Assembly: GCA_037143235.1 (NCBI GenBank)
Contig: JBAWZC010000001.1
Coordinates: 65,132 to 129,131, forward strand
DNA length: 64,000 nt
Origin: Candidatus Berkelbacteria bacterium
Lineage (GTDB): Bacteria; Patescibacteriota; UBA1384; XYA2-FULL-43-10; 1-14-0-10-43-13
Direction of reading: 5' to 3'
Of this stretch, positions 1 to 9,934 are shown in pieces; position 1 is the first letter of the stretch; the number at the start of each line of letters is the position of its first letter. The notes below the pieces were generated by a model. The model was not told the DNA's origin. It saw only the letters and a list, made by a program, of their open reading frames with translations, and did no database searches. Both the position numbers and the translations under genes were made by a program.

Positions 1-362
1 AAATCCTGAAATATGACACCAACTTTGCGGCGATAAACCGGGATCTCTCGTGGTTTCAGCTGAGCGATGTCCCGTCCAGCGACCATAATCCTGCCAGCGG
101 TTGGTTTTTCCGCACAGGTCAAAAGTTTAATCAATGTTGACTTGCCTGCGCCTGACGGACCTACCAGAGAAATAAATTCACCGAAATGAATTTTGAAAGA
201 TACATCAGAAAGTGCCCTGATCGGACCAGGATAAGTCCGAGACACTTTGTCAAACTCAATTACAACATCCTTGGCCTCTTTTTTTGCTTGGCTTTGATTC
301 GCTGTATCTGTCTCAACTTTTGTATCTTTGTTTTTTTCGTGCAATCGAATATCGTCTGACAT
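1..362 (-). CDS. ABC-type ATP-binding protein, FtsE-like (N-terminal part; runs off window start)
   Basis: Minus-strand translation from ATG at 360-362: MSDDIRLHEK...VSFKIHFGEFISLVGPSGAGKSTLIKLL (Walker A) ...; truncated by window edge. Confidence 0.6.
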   Translation of the reverse strand, partial: MSDDIRLHEKNKDTKVETDTANQSQAKKEAKDVVIEFDKVSRTYPGPIRALSDVSFKIHFGEFISLVGPSGAGKSTLIKLLTCAEKPTAGRIMVAGRDIAQLKPREIPVYRRKVGVIFQD

Positions 363-433
363 ATTTCGAAAAATTCTTTAATTACCAATTTCTAAATCAA
401 TGACCAAATGACTAAATGATTCCCTGTTTCCTA

Positions 434-2032
434 TTATATCATAGCTGTCGTCAAATCCATCCCTGACATATCCGCAGGCTGCTTGACACCAAGATTAGCC
501 AAGACAGACGGAGCTATGTCAGCCAATACACCGATTGGTGTTCCCATACAGTATTGGATATATTCATCTTTTGTAAATTCGCTCTCGCTCATCTCAAATG
601 GTCTTTTCAGGAAATCCAAATAGACAAAAGGTACGGAATTAGTAGTATGCTCTTTGTTTGGCGACTTTGTTTGCTCATTAATCATCAACTCACAATTACC
701 ATGGTCGGCGGTTAAAATAACCTTGTATCCTGCCACGGAAGCCTCAGCAAAAACTTGGGCCAAATTTTTATCAACTTCTTCGCAAGCTAAAATAGCTGCT
801 CTATCATCTCCTGTGTGACCAACCATGTCACCATTCGCATAATTCACCACGATCAAATTCTCATTCTTCTTAATCGCGCCGATCACTTTCGCAGTAATTT
901 CTTTGGCTGACATCTCTGGCGATTTAGCATAGCTAGCAACCTTCTTTGAAGGCACCAACTCATCATCCTCGCCTTTTTGGCCCATCTCTTTGCCGGCATT
1001 GAAAAAATATGTCACATGAGCGAATTTTTCAGTCTCAGCGGTATGAAATTGAGATAAATTCTCCGCCGCTACTACCTCAGGCAAAGTATTATCAAGATCG
1101 ATCGCCGGAAAAACCATCGGCACTGTTTGGTCTTTCTGGTATTGAGTCATCGTGACCAGATTCAAATCTTTTGGCGGAATGATGCCATCTACCTTGCCAC
1201 AAAATGCCGACAATAGCTGCTTCGCCCTATCAGCTCGAAAATTGAATAATAAAACCGAATCGCCTGACTCTATCTTCGCTCCTTCACCAATAACAGAAGC
1301 GTCCATATTCTCATCATCATGCTTTTCGGCATAATTTGCTCTAATCGCCTCCTCGGCGGTTAAATATTGTTTACCAGTATTGTCGAAAAATAACTCCGTA
1401 GCGGCTCTTATCCTCTCCCAGTTTTTGTCACGATCCATCGCAAAAAAACGACCAATCATCGTAGCAATCTTGCAATCTTCTAGAGCTGATAATTCAGCTT
1501 CAATCTGATTCAAATATTTTTCAGCCGCTCTCGCTTCTGTATCACGACCATCACTAATAAAATGAATTCTGAGTCTAGCGACACCTCTCTGACTCAAGAT
1601 ACGACAGAGCGCAATCAAATGACGAATATGGGAGTGAACCCCACCATCCGACACCAAACCAACCAAATGAACAGTCTTATCGTTTTTCTTTGAATACTCT
1701 GCCGATTTGGCCAAGACTTCATTTTCATCAAGTGTTTTATTCTCAATGTCCTGATCAATGCGTGGCAGACTCTCCCAAACTACACGTCCTGTGCCAATAT
1801 TCATATGGCCGACTTCAGAATTTCCTGGCTCGCCAGGAGTCAGGCCAACTTCAATCCCCGAAGCAGACAAAGATGTCTTGGGATATCTTTGGTATACCGA
1901 ATCAAGAGTTGGCGTCTTGGCTTGAAAAGGCGCATTGCCCATTTCACTGCCAGAAAGTCCCCAACCATCCAAAATTATCAACATTACTTTTTTATCACTC
2001 ATACTTCCCTCACTTATTTTCCAGAGATACAA
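434..2032 (-). CDS. gpmI: 2,3-bisphosphoglycerate-independent phosphoglycerate mutase
   Basis: 532 aa; N-term MSDKKVMLIILDGWGLS, metal-binding/iPGM-typical motifs throughout. Confidence 0.9.
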   Translation of the reverse strand: MYLWKISEGSMSDKKVMLIILDGWGLSGSEMGNAPFQAKTPTLDSVYQRYPKTSLSASGIEVGLTPGEPGNSEVGHMNIGTGRVVWESLPRIDQDIENKTLDENEVLAKSAEYSKKNDKTVHLVGLVSDGGVHSHIRHLIALCRILSQRGVARLRIHFISDGRDTEARAAEKYLNQIEAELSALEDCKIATMIGRFFAMDRDKNWERIRAATELFFDNTGKQYLTAEEAIRANYAEKHDDENMDASVIGEGAKIESGDSVLLFNFRADRAKQLLSAFCGKVDGIIPPKDLNLVTMTQYQKDQTVPMVFPAIDLDNTLPEVVAAENLSQFHTAETEKFAHVTYFFNAGKEMGQKGEDDELVPSKKVASYAKSPEMSAKEITAKVIGAIKKNENLIVVNYANGDMVGHTGDDRAAILACEEVDKNLAQVFAEASVAGYKVILTADHGNCELMINEQTKSPNKEHTTNSVPFVYLDFLKRPFEMSESEFTKDEYIQYCMGTPIGVLADIAPSVLANLGVKQPADMSGMDLTTAMI

Positions 2033-2057
2033 AGACTTTTTTCACCGCTTACCTCTC

Positions 2058-2567
2058 TTATCTTTTTGATCTCAATATCAATGCCATCCCGCCGATGACC
2101 AAAATCAATGGCCAAAAATTATATGAAATCAAATTCAAGACCAAAAACAGTATACCAAAACCAGCCAAAATATTCGCTGAGATAAAAACACCGCTTAGTT
2201 TACGATCACCAAAGTAATAAAACACATAGAGTGCAAGACCGACGATGAACGGAAATACTGGCCAGAGAATATCGATCCCCTGCCAAGAAACTGCAGCCAT
2301 ATAGTAAAGAAATATCGAAGATAGAATCAAAATTACAATTGGGATCACAAGCCCAACATTTTTTTCTTTATTTTTGCTGAAGCCGTAAAACACGATCAGC
2401 GAGATACCTGGGACAAGCACAAATGTTGGCCATAGATTGCCAAAATCAAGACCAAGTCTCGGCAATAAAAACAATACCCCAAGCAAGATTAAGATTATGC
2501 CTGGTACCATCGCTCCGTTGTCCTTGCGTTCAATCTTCTCGACAATATTTTTATCATCTTCCATCAT
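2058..2567 (-). CDS. hypothetical polytopic membrane protein
   Basis: 169 aa, 4-5 hydrophobic helices, no recognisable motif. Confidence 0.5.
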   Translation of the reverse strand: MMEDDKNIVEKIERKDNGAMVPGIILILLGVLFLLPRLGLDFGNLWPTFVLVPGISLIVFYGFSKNKEKNVGLVIPIVILILSSIFLYYMAAVSWQGIDILWPVFPFIVGLALYVFYYFGDRKLSGVFISANILAGFGILFLVLNLISYNFWPLILVIGGMALILRSKR

Positions 2568-2608
2568 TCCTCCTTGGTTGCCATTCCCGTAAAAACAGGA
2601 ATTTTATT

Positions 2609-3031
2609 TCATTTAATTTCCAATAACTCTCCCTTGATCACAGTAGGAGCAAAACCGATTATTTCATCTTTCATAATGTTATCTGGAATTGGATTATAAA
2701 GAAATATTTTTTTTCCCAATTCAAATGCTTTGTACATCTCCAAAAATGTTGCACCCCCAATATAATCTTTCTGGCCATTCTTTTCAAAGTTCACGACAAG
2801 TATCACATCATTGTCTTCGATTTTTTTGACCTGCTCTCTGAAAAATTTCTGCTTCAATTGGACATGCTTTTCGGCCGATTCTTCTCTTGTTCGATTCTCC
2901 ACAAACGGATCATCAAAACTGTTTGGCAAAGTAATTTCGTGCCCCAATCCCTCAAGCTCTTTTTTTATCTCTGGGATATATTTGTAATTGTATTTACTCG
3001 CACAAATAAATATCTTCATTTTATTTTCCAC
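2609..3031 (-). CDS. nucleoside 2-deoxyribosyltransferase-like fold protein (tentative)
   Basis: 140 aa; MKIFICASKY... ILVVNFEKNG...GGATFLEMYKAFELGKKIFLY resembles Rossmann-like deoxyribosyltransferase-like small proteins; assignment by eye only. Confidence 0.35.
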   Translation of the reverse strand: MENKMKIFICASKYNYKYIPEIKKELEGLGHEITLPNSFDDPFVENRTREESAEKHVQLKQKFFREQVKKIEDNDVILVVNFEKNGQKDYIGGATFLEMYKAFELGKKIFLYNPIPDNIMKDEIIGFAPTVIKGELLEIK

Positions 3032-3123
3032 AACATTTCTTATACTTCTTGCCGCTGCCGTCCTCCTTCGCCCTTTTTAGTAGGGCTACGGCAGGACTCC
3101 GCTTCTACAGCAGATTAACTACA

Positions 3124-5769
3124 TTATTTCCCACAACAATGCTTATACTTGATTGGTCGTCCGTCTGAATGCTTCGCTCCGCATGGGCAAGCATCGTTTC
3201 TCCCAACCTTCGTATGAGCACTGACTGTATTGTTCGCCACAGAATTGTTATCTTTCATGCGATCAAAAACAGTTTTGCCCTTATCGATATTTTTGGCCAC
3301 TTTCTGCACCGCTTCATCAGTTTTTCCAGTATTTTCAGCTTGAGATGAACTAATTTCAATTCTAGCACGAAAGATCGTTCTAGCAACATTAGTTTCGATC
3401 GTTGCCAATAAACTTTCAAAGTATCCGTGAGCCTGTTGCTTGTATTCAACTAGCGGGTCTCTCTGGCTATATCCGACCAGGCCGATGCCAGCACGCAATT
3501 CATCCATCGTGGTCAGATGTTCAACCCAAAGCAGATCAATCGTGCGCAAATAAATCATTTTCTCTAACTGTCGCATCACTTCGCTGCCCATTTCTTTCTC
3601 TTTGACCTCATATATCTCAGTAGCCAGTGATTTGGCCTTGTCAATATCAAGACCAGTCACTTCCATCTCACCAAAAATATTCTTGATGTTCTGCTCAAAT
3701 AATTCTCGATTGTCGGAATAAAGTGAATAAATCTTTTCAATCTCGTCTTTGACAATACCAACGATTTCATCTTTGAGCCAATGGTCGCTATCAGTGCTAT
3801 CCATCTCTAAAATTTTGCGGCGTTTTTTATAAATGACTTCACGCTGCTTATTCATCACATCATCGTAGTCGACCAAATGTTTCCGAGTATCAAAATTATT
3901 ACCTTCGACTCTCTTTTGCGCCGACTCAATCGAACCAGAGATCATCTTATTTTCTATCGGCATATCATCAGGCAAACCAAGAGATTCCATCAAATTTTTT
4001 AATCTATCGCCACCGAATATTCTCATCAAGTCATCTTCCATCGATACAAAAAATTGTGATGAACCAGTGTCGCCCTGTCTTCCAGCCCGACCTCTCAGCT
4101 GATTGTCAATTCTTCTTGCTTCGTGTCGTTCAGAGCCAATCACATGCAAACCACCAACTTCTCTGACACCCTCGCCAAGTTTAATATCAGTACCACGGCC
4201 AGCCATATTTGTCGCCACCGTCACTGCTCCCTTTTGGCCAGCTTTAGAAATAATTTTTGCCTCACGTTCGTGATTTTTGGCGTTTAAAATTTCGTGCTTG
4301 AGCCCAGCAGTCTTGAGCATCTTGCTCATCATCTCGTTTTTGGTGACAGATGCGGTACCGATCAAAATTGGCTGCCCCTTTTCAGTTCGTTCCTTTACTT
4401 CAAGAACGATAGCCTCAAATTTACCTTTTTCGGTTTTGTAGATACGGTCAGGCAGGTCAAGACGCTGCACAGCTTTATTGGTCGGGATTTCCACAACATC
4501 AAGTTTATAAATTTTATAAAATTCCTCCGCCTCAGTTGAGGCTGTGCCAGTCATACCAGCCAACTTATTATACATTCGGAATAAATTTTGAAAAGAAATA
4601 GTCGCCAAGGTCTGAGATTCTTTGTTGACTTCAACCTTCTCTTTGGCTTCAATTGCTTGGTGCAATCCCTCGGAATATCTTCGACCAACCATTAGTCGAC
4701 CAGTAAATTCATCAACGATCACGATTTCACCTTCACGAACAACATAATCACGATCTTTTTTAAATAATGCCTTTGCTTTTAAGGCTTGCTCCAGATGATG
4801 CGCCATCGCCATATCGGCTGATTCATAGACATTCGCGATACCAAGGGCACCCTCTACTCGAGAAAGCCCAGCATCTGTCAGCATCACAGCTCTGTCTTTT
4901 TCATCGACCGTGTAGTCATTTTCTTCCTTGAGGCCAGAGACGACCCCTGCAAATCGCTGATACAAGCTCGTCGATTCTTCTGCCGGAGCTGAGATAATCA
5001 AAGGAGTTCTAGCTTCATCAATCAAGATTGAGTCCACCTCATCAACAATCGCAAAATATTGTTCTCTCTGCGAGCATAACTCAACACTTGGCGCCATATT
5101 ATCACGCAGATAGTCGAAACCAAATTCATTATTAGTTCCATATGTCACATCACAAGCATAAGCCTCTTTGCGACTACATTGCTCCAGGTTCTCTCCATCG
5201 CAAGCAGAATAATGGTCGTATTTTTTATTTTTCTTAAATTTATAACTAACCTGATTGCTTTGAATAATGCCAGTCGACAAGCCCAAAAAGTCATAAACCT
5301 CCCCAATTCCCTCACCCTGATGTTTGGATAGATAATCATTTACCGTGACTAAGTGTACACCTCGACCAACGAGGGCGTTCAGGTAAATTGGCAACGCAGC
5401 CACGATAGTTTTACCTTCACCCGTTCGCATTTCTGCAATTTTGCCTTCATGCAAAACCAAACCACCAATGAGCTGAACATCAAAATGACGCTCACCCCAA
5501 ACTCGTTTCATCGCTTCGCGCATGACAGCAAAAGCCTCAGGTAAAATCTCTTCTATGATTTCACCTTCTGGCTGCCTTCTGTCTTCTGGCTCATGACTGC
5601 CGCTCACTCGCTCATCGATTTTTTTACGAAAATCGGCTGTCTTTGCTTTGAGATCAGCGTCAGACAACAGAGAGACAGTCTTTTCCATTTCATTAATCTG
5701 ATCGACCTTGCTTTGCAAGCTCGACAAGACTCGTTTACTCGGATTGTAGAAAAAATCTAAAATTGACAT
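3124..5769 (-). CDS. secA: preprotein translocase ATPase SecA
   Basis: Start MSILDFFYNP with RBS; DEAD-like motor motifs; C-terminal Zn finger CPCGAKHSDGRPIKYKHCCGK; ORF-track N-extension to 5862 judged non-coding. Confidence 0.92.
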   Translation of the reverse strand: MSILDFFYNPSKRVLSSLQSKVDQINEMEKTVSLLSDADLKAKTADFRKKIDERVSGSHEPEDRRQPEGEIIEEILPEAFAVMREAMKRVWGERHFDVQLIGGLVLHEGKIAEMRTGEGKTIVAALPIYLNALVGRGVHLVTVNDYLSKHQGEGIGEVYDFLGLSTGIIQSNQVSYKFKKNKKYDHYSACDGENLEQCSRKEAYACDVTYGTNNEFGFDYLRDNMAPSVELCSQREQYFAIVDEVDSILIDEARTPLIISAPAEESTSLYQRFAGVVSGLKEENDYTVDEKDRAVMLTDAGLSRVEGALGIANVYESADMAMAHHLEQALKAKALFKKDRDYVVREGEIVIVDEFTGRLMVGRRYSEGLHQAIEAKEKVEVNKESQTLATISFQNLFRMYNKLAGMTGTASTEAEEFYKIYKLDVVEIPTNKAVQRLDLPDRIYKTEKGKFEAIVLEVKERTEKGQPILIGTASVTKNEMMSKMLKTAGLKHEILNAKNHEREAKIISKAGQKGAVTVATNMAGRGTDIKLGEGVREVGGLHVIGSERHEARRIDNQLRGRAGRQGDTGSSQFFVSMEDDLMRIFGGDRLKNLMESLGLPDDMPIENKMISGSIESAQKRVEGNNFDTRKHLVDYDDVMNKQREVIYKKRRKILEMDSTDSDHWLKDEIVGIVKDEIEKIYSLYSDNRELFEQNIKNIFGEMEVTGLDIDKAKSLATEIYEVKEKEMGSEVMRQLEKMIYLRTIDLLWVEHLTTMDELRAGIGLVGYSQRDPLVEYKQQAHGYFESLLATIETNVARTIFRARIEISSSQAENTGKTDEAVQKVAKNIDKGKTVFDRMKDNNSVANNTVSAHTKVGRNDACPCGAKHSDGRPIKYKHCCGK

Positions 5770-5856
5770 GTTGTTGTTTCCAAGGTACAAGTTACAATAA
5801 TCAGTTAAATTCCAATCACCAAATCGCAATGACCACAATTTAAAACATCTAACATT

Positions 5857-5922
5857 TGTCATTCCCGCGAAGGCGGGAATCTATTAAACAATTTGTGGAT
5901 TCCCGCCTTCGCGGGAATGACA
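5857..5922. repeat. TGTCAT-hairpin mini-element, two inverted copies (TGTCATTCCCGCGAAGGCGGGAATC ... GATTCCCGCCTTCGCGGGAATGACA) with 16-nt spacer
   Basis: Perfect 25-nt inverted pair, each arm itself a GC hairpin with GAAG loop; same unit recurs at 44558, 23713, 27737, 28032. Confidence 0.85.
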
Positions 5923-5953
5923 GACTATTTAACTGTTTCTTGATTATCGGGTA

Positions 5954-6124
5954 TTATTTTTTAATCTCTTCTTCTCTCTCTTTGATCGACGCTGCAAAAT
6001 CTTCCATACTTGCATAAACGACGCCACCAACCGACACACTACCGTCATCATTTATTTTCAAGCTGTCAGACTTACTCAAGTCAATTTTTTTTGAACTTTC
6101 ATCGCTCGGAATTTTATCAGACAT
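5954..6124 (-). CDS. small hypothetical protein (56 aa)
   Basis: ATG 6122-6124 preceded by AAGGAG; MSDKIPSDESSKK...; longer ORF-track version overlaps hpf and is not supported. Confidence 0.4.
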   Translation of the reverse strand: MSDKIPSDESSKKIDLSKSDSLKINDDGSVSVGGVVYASMEDFAASIKEREEEIKK

Positions 6125-6137
6125 AATACTCCTTGAT

Positions 6138-6521
6138 TTATTTTTCGTCTTGATCTTCTTTTTTTGACCAACTACCAAAAGTCTCCCAAATTTTCCACGA
6201 ACCACGCTTGCGAGTCTTCTCAACTTTTTTGTTATGGTCGCGCACCAACTGTCTCTCAATAGACTTATGGGCATATGCAAAAGCTCTCAACATTTTATCG
6301 TCCACCTCACGGACAAAGAGCTTTTCTTTGCCAAAGGTAACCGCAATTTCTACTGCCTGATCCACTCCCCCTTTTTCTAGACTGGTTTCATCTTTCAAAT
6401 ATATATCAACATTAACTGGTTCCCCTGGGACATATTTTTTCAGACCACGCAACTTTTTTTCGATCAAATCCTTTTGCTTCTTGCCAATGATGATATCCTT
6501 GATGTGAAAAGCAATCTTCAT
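6138..6521 (-). CDS. hpf: ribosome hibernation promoting factor / RaiA family
   Basis: MKIAFHIKDIIIGKKQKDLIEKKLRGLKKYV...VDIYL pattern typical of HPF/YfiA. Confidence 0.8.
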   Translation of the reverse strand: MKIAFHIKDIIIGKKQKDLIEKKLRGLKKYVPGEPVNVDIYLKDETSLEKGGVDQAVEIAVTFGKEKLFVREVDDKMLRAFAYAHKSIERQLVRDHNKKVEKTRKRGSWKIWETFGSWSKKEDQDEK

Positions 6522-6534
6522 AATAGCACCTCCT

Positions 6535-7788
6535 CTATTTAATTTCGCTAAAGCCTGTGTATTTTATCAAAACCTCTGGCACTTTGATACTACCATCTTT
6601 CTGTTGATAATCTTCCAGTATTGCGATCAATGGTCGCTCTGAAAAAGCTGTACCATTTAATGTGTGCAAAGTTTCAATCTTGCCAGCTTTTGTTTTGTAA
6701 CGAATATTTAGTCTTCTAGCCTGATAATCGGTGCAGTTTGAGCACGAATGAGTTTCACGATAATCATTCTCTCCCGGCATCCAAACCTCAATATCAAATT
6801 TTTTCGTCGCTGGCGCGCCCAAGTCCCCGGCGCAAATATTAACCACCTGATAATGAAGTCCTAGTCCTTGCATCAATTTCTCTTCCAGAGAAACGAGATA
6901 ATCGTGCTCTTTAGCCGAGTCTTCTGGTTTCACAAAAGAGAACATCTCAACTTTGTTGAATTGATGGCCACGCAAGATACCGCGAACATCTTTGCCGTGA
7001 CTGCCCGCTTCACGACGGAAACAGGTCGAGATACCAACATAACGCAGTGGTAATTTGGATTCATCCAATATCTCATCTGCATGATATCCAGCCAAAGACT
7101 GTTCTGAAGTACCAACCAGATATGTATCATCTTGTGTCTTGTAGATCTCATCCTCGCCGCCAGGAATATATCCAGCGCCCTCCATGATCCTTCGAGACAG
7201 CATCACTGGAGGAATGACAGGGATGAAGCCTTCGGCGACCAAAGTATCGATTGCGTAGCGAAATAGTGCCAACTCCAAGATGACCATCTCATTTTTCAAA
7301 TAGAAAAATCTTGACCCAGAAACCTTGCCTGCTCGAGCGGTGTCAAATAGGTCGTGCTGCTCAGCCAGAGCTACATTATCTTTGATATCAAAGTCAAAAA
7401 CTGGCTTCTCTCCCCAAGTACGATTAACAGTATTCTCCTTGTCCGAAGCGCCATCGATCACCTCTGGCGCGGGTGGGTTCGGAATACCATACATGACCGT
7501 TCGATATTCCTGATCAGTTTTTTCCATCTCCGGTCTCAACTGCTTGATCTTATCTGACAATGTACTAGCCGTATTGATCGCATCGATCTTCTGTTGGCCA
7601 TGAAGCTGAGCAATTTCCTTTGACTTTACATTCAGCTCGCCTTGATACTGCTCAAGTTTCACAATTGCTTCACGACGAAGCTGATCGAGCCTGATCGCCT
7701 CATCAATCAATCCGGCACCTGCTCCTTTGCGAGCAACCGCCTTCTTCACTTCCGCAGTATTTTCTCTGATATATTTGATGTCTAGCAT
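6535..7788 (-). CDS. serS: seryl-tRNA synthetase
   Basis: 417 aa; N-terminal coiled-coil arm, class II motifs (FRREAGS..., GSALA-like). Confidence 0.9.
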   Translation of the reverse strand: MLDIKYIRENTAEVKKAVARKGAGAGLIDEAIRLDQLRREAIVKLEQYQGELNVKSKEIAQLHGQQKIDAINTASTLSDKIKQLRPEMEKTDQEYRTVMYGIPNPPAPEVIDGASDKENTVNRTWGEKPVFDFDIKDNVALAEQHDLFDTARAGKVSGSRFFYLKNEMVILELALFRYAIDTLVAEGFIPVIPPVMLSRRIMEGAGYIPGGEDEIYKTQDDTYLVGTSEQSLAGYHADEILDESKLPLRYVGISTCFRREAGSHGKDVRGILRGHQFNKVEMFSFVKPEDSAKEHDYLVSLEEKLMQGLGLHYQVVNICAGDLGAPATKKFDIEVWMPGENDYRETHSCSNCTDYQARRLNIRYKTKAGKIETLHTLNGTAFSERPLIAILEDYQQKDGSIKVPEVLIKYTGFSEIK

Positions 7789-7838
7789 GGGCTCCTTCGT
7801 TACATAAATGGATAGCTAATATCCTAATGGCTAATTTA

Positions 7839-8231
7839 CTAATATATGTTCGGGATTCTCTTTATCTTCACACCATCTTTTGTGAAACGAATTATTAATC
7901 CCAGCTTTAGGTTACTCGATTTTAAGTATTGGTACAATTGCCTACAAGCATCTCGATATTTTGTTGTCGAAACCTTCAACTCAAGCACAATTTTATTATC
8001 TATCAGAAAGTCGAAGAACTTCTTTTTAATCACCACACCTTCGATTTTCATCGGAGAATATACTTCTCTTGCGTATGAAATATTATTCTTCTTAAGCAAT
8101 ATTTCGAGCGCATCGGCATAATTCTTTTCACTGTGACCACTTCCCAACTTGTTATCAATGTCAAACGCCAACCCGCACAATGTATATGACAACTCCTTGT
8201 ACAACAAGTCATCCATTCTTTTTGCCCTCAC
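7839..8231 (-). CDS. GxxExxY family protein (PD-(D/E)XK-like)
   Basis: LLYKELSYTLCGLAFDIDNKLGSGHSEKNYADAL... characteristic GxxExxY motif. Confidence 0.7.
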   Translation of the reverse strand: MRAKRMDDLLYKELSYTLCGLAFDIDNKLGSGHSEKNYADALEILLKKNNISYAREVYSPMKIEGVVIKKKFFDFLIDNKIVLELKVSTTKYRDACRQLYQYLKSSNLKLGLIIRFTKDGVKIKRIPNIY

Positions 8232-8272
8232 ATTCGCTTATTCGCTATTAGGATATTCGCCATCCATTTCTG

Positions 8273-9742
8273 CTATTGCTTCTCTGGTCGCAATAGCGGA
8301 AACATTACTGCCTCGCGGGCTGACTTGTCTGCCAAAAAGGAAAATAATCGCTCGGAAAAACCAAAGCCGGAAGTTGGCGGCATCCCGTGCTCAAGTGCTT
8401 CAACGAAATCATAATCATGCATCTGAGCCTCGAGATCACCGTCTTCTCGCATCTTGGCTTGCTCCCGAAATCTTTCAGCCTGATCGATCGGATCGTTCAA
8501 CTCGCTATATCCATTGCCCATCTCAGAACCAGCCAAAATAACTTGATATCTCTCCACCAATCTCGGATCGTCTGATTTTCTCTTGGCCAGCGGCGAAACT
8601 TCAACTGGATGATTAATCAAAAACACTGGTCCAGCAATTGTTTTCCTGATTTGTTTCCAAAGTGTATCGATCAATCGTCCACGCTTGTCATTAACATTGA
8701 ACTTTACCTTAAGATTCATTAACTTTTTCTTAAGCTCGTCATCACTGGCAGATAAAACATCGATACCAATCTCGTCCTTGATCGTCGTGACATAATCAAT
8801 TTTTGGCCATTGCTTATCGAGATCAACCTCAAATTGACCAATCTTGAACTTCAGCGTCCCGAAAGCTTCACGAGCAATATATTTATACATCTCTTCAACC
8901 AGCCTCATTGAGTCTTCGTAGTTGGCGTAAGCCCAATAAAATTCCATCTGGGTATAATCCTGCAAATGTTCTCGACTGATGCCTTCATTGCGGAACTGTC
9001 GCCCGATCTCAAAAGTTTTTTCAAAACCACCGACCATCAAACGCTTCTGCCAAAGTTCACCCATCGATATTCGCAGATAGACATCAATATCTAGAGCATC
9101 GTGATGAGTCACAAACGGGCTAGCGTCCGCTCCCCCTGCCGTAGTTTCCAAAGCTGGTGTTTCCACTTCCAAAAAACCTTTACCAATCAAAAAATTACGA
9201 GTGGCCTGCCAAAATTTGGCCTTTTTGGCGAACATCTCTCGCAACTCAGGACTAAGTGCCAGGTCAAGATATCTTTTACGGTATCGTGACTCTTCGTCTG
9301 TGATCCCCTTCCAAAGTTCAGGCAGAGGTCGAAGAGCTTTGGAAATCATCCGCGCCGACTTGGCTTCAACTGTAGTTTCACCAGCCTTCGTAATAAATAC
9401 TTTGCCTGCCACCTCAACAAAATCTCCAACATCAAAACACGAGACGATTTCTATCGCCTCACCCAAGATGTCAACCTTAAACACGACCTGTATCTTGCCT
9501 TTTTCATCAACAATATCAGCAAAAATAAGTTTGCCATGACCTCTGACTGCCATCAATCGGCCAGCTACAGTCACAACTTCCTCGGAAGCAATCAACTTTT
9601 CCTGATCAGCCAAAACCTGCAAGGAGAGATGATCTCGATGTGACTTTGATGGGAAAGCCGGCAAACCCAAAGACTCAAGTTTCTTCAACTTTTTGTGTCT
9701 AAACTCGATAATATCCTTCTCTGATAAGCCCACATTTTCCAT
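8273..9742 (-). CDS. lysS: lysyl-tRNA synthetase, class II
   Basis: 489 aa; OB anticodon-binding N-domain, class II core (FRNEGIS..., EFTQMEFYWAY). Confidence 0.9.
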   Translation of the reverse strand: MENVGLSEKDIIEFRHKKLKKLESLGLPAFPSKSHRDHLSLQVLADQEKLIASEEVVTVAGRLMAVRGHGKLIFADIVDEKGKIQVVFKVDILGEAIEIVSCFDVGDFVEVAGKVFITKAGETTVEAKSARMISKALRPLPELWKGITDEESRYRKRYLDLALSPELREMFAKKAKFWQATRNFLIGKGFLEVETPALETTAGGADASPFVTHHDALDIDVYLRISMGELWQKRLMVGGFEKTFEIGRQFRNEGISREHLQDYTQMEFYWAYANYEDSMRLVEEMYKYIAREAFGTLKFKIGQFEVDLDKQWPKIDYVTTIKDEIGIDVLSASDDELKKKLMNLKVKFNVNDKRGRLIDTLWKQIRKTIAGPVFLINHPVEVSPLAKRKSDDPRLVERYQVILAGSEMGNGYSELNDPIDQAERFREQAKMREDGDLEAQMHDYDFVEALEHGMPPTSGFGFSERLFSFLADKSAREAVMFPLLRPEKQ

Positions 9743-9934
9743 CTTGCCTCTTCCCTGCTCAATATTTTATATATACTCGCTCGAAATATAACCATATAGC
9801 TAATACTATATGTATAATTTATATCACAAATCAAGCCTCGAATCAAAAAGACGCACTGAATCAGACTGAGTGGTTGAAAACCAGATTGTTTGAGCATAAA
9901 ATAAGGATGAATAAATTAAAATTACGGAACCAAT

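Noticed and set aside
3040-3120. GC-rich segment with partial inverted repeats (GCCGCTGCCGTCCTCC ... GGCTACGGCAGGACTCCGC) resembling 13600-13660
   Set aside because: Similarity is short and imperfect; likely ordinary terminator-type secondary structure, not enough to call a repeat family.
5770-5862. N-terminal 30-aa extension of SecA in ORF track (MTNVRCFKLW...)
   Set aside because: Extension runs into the palindromic repeat; canonical SecA N-terminus MSILDFF with upstream AG-rich RBS begins at 5769.
5954-6280. 108-aa ORF overlapping hpf by ~140 nt
   Set aside because: Overlap is in a different frame with the well-supported hpf gene; only the distal 56-aa portion with its own RBS is plausible.
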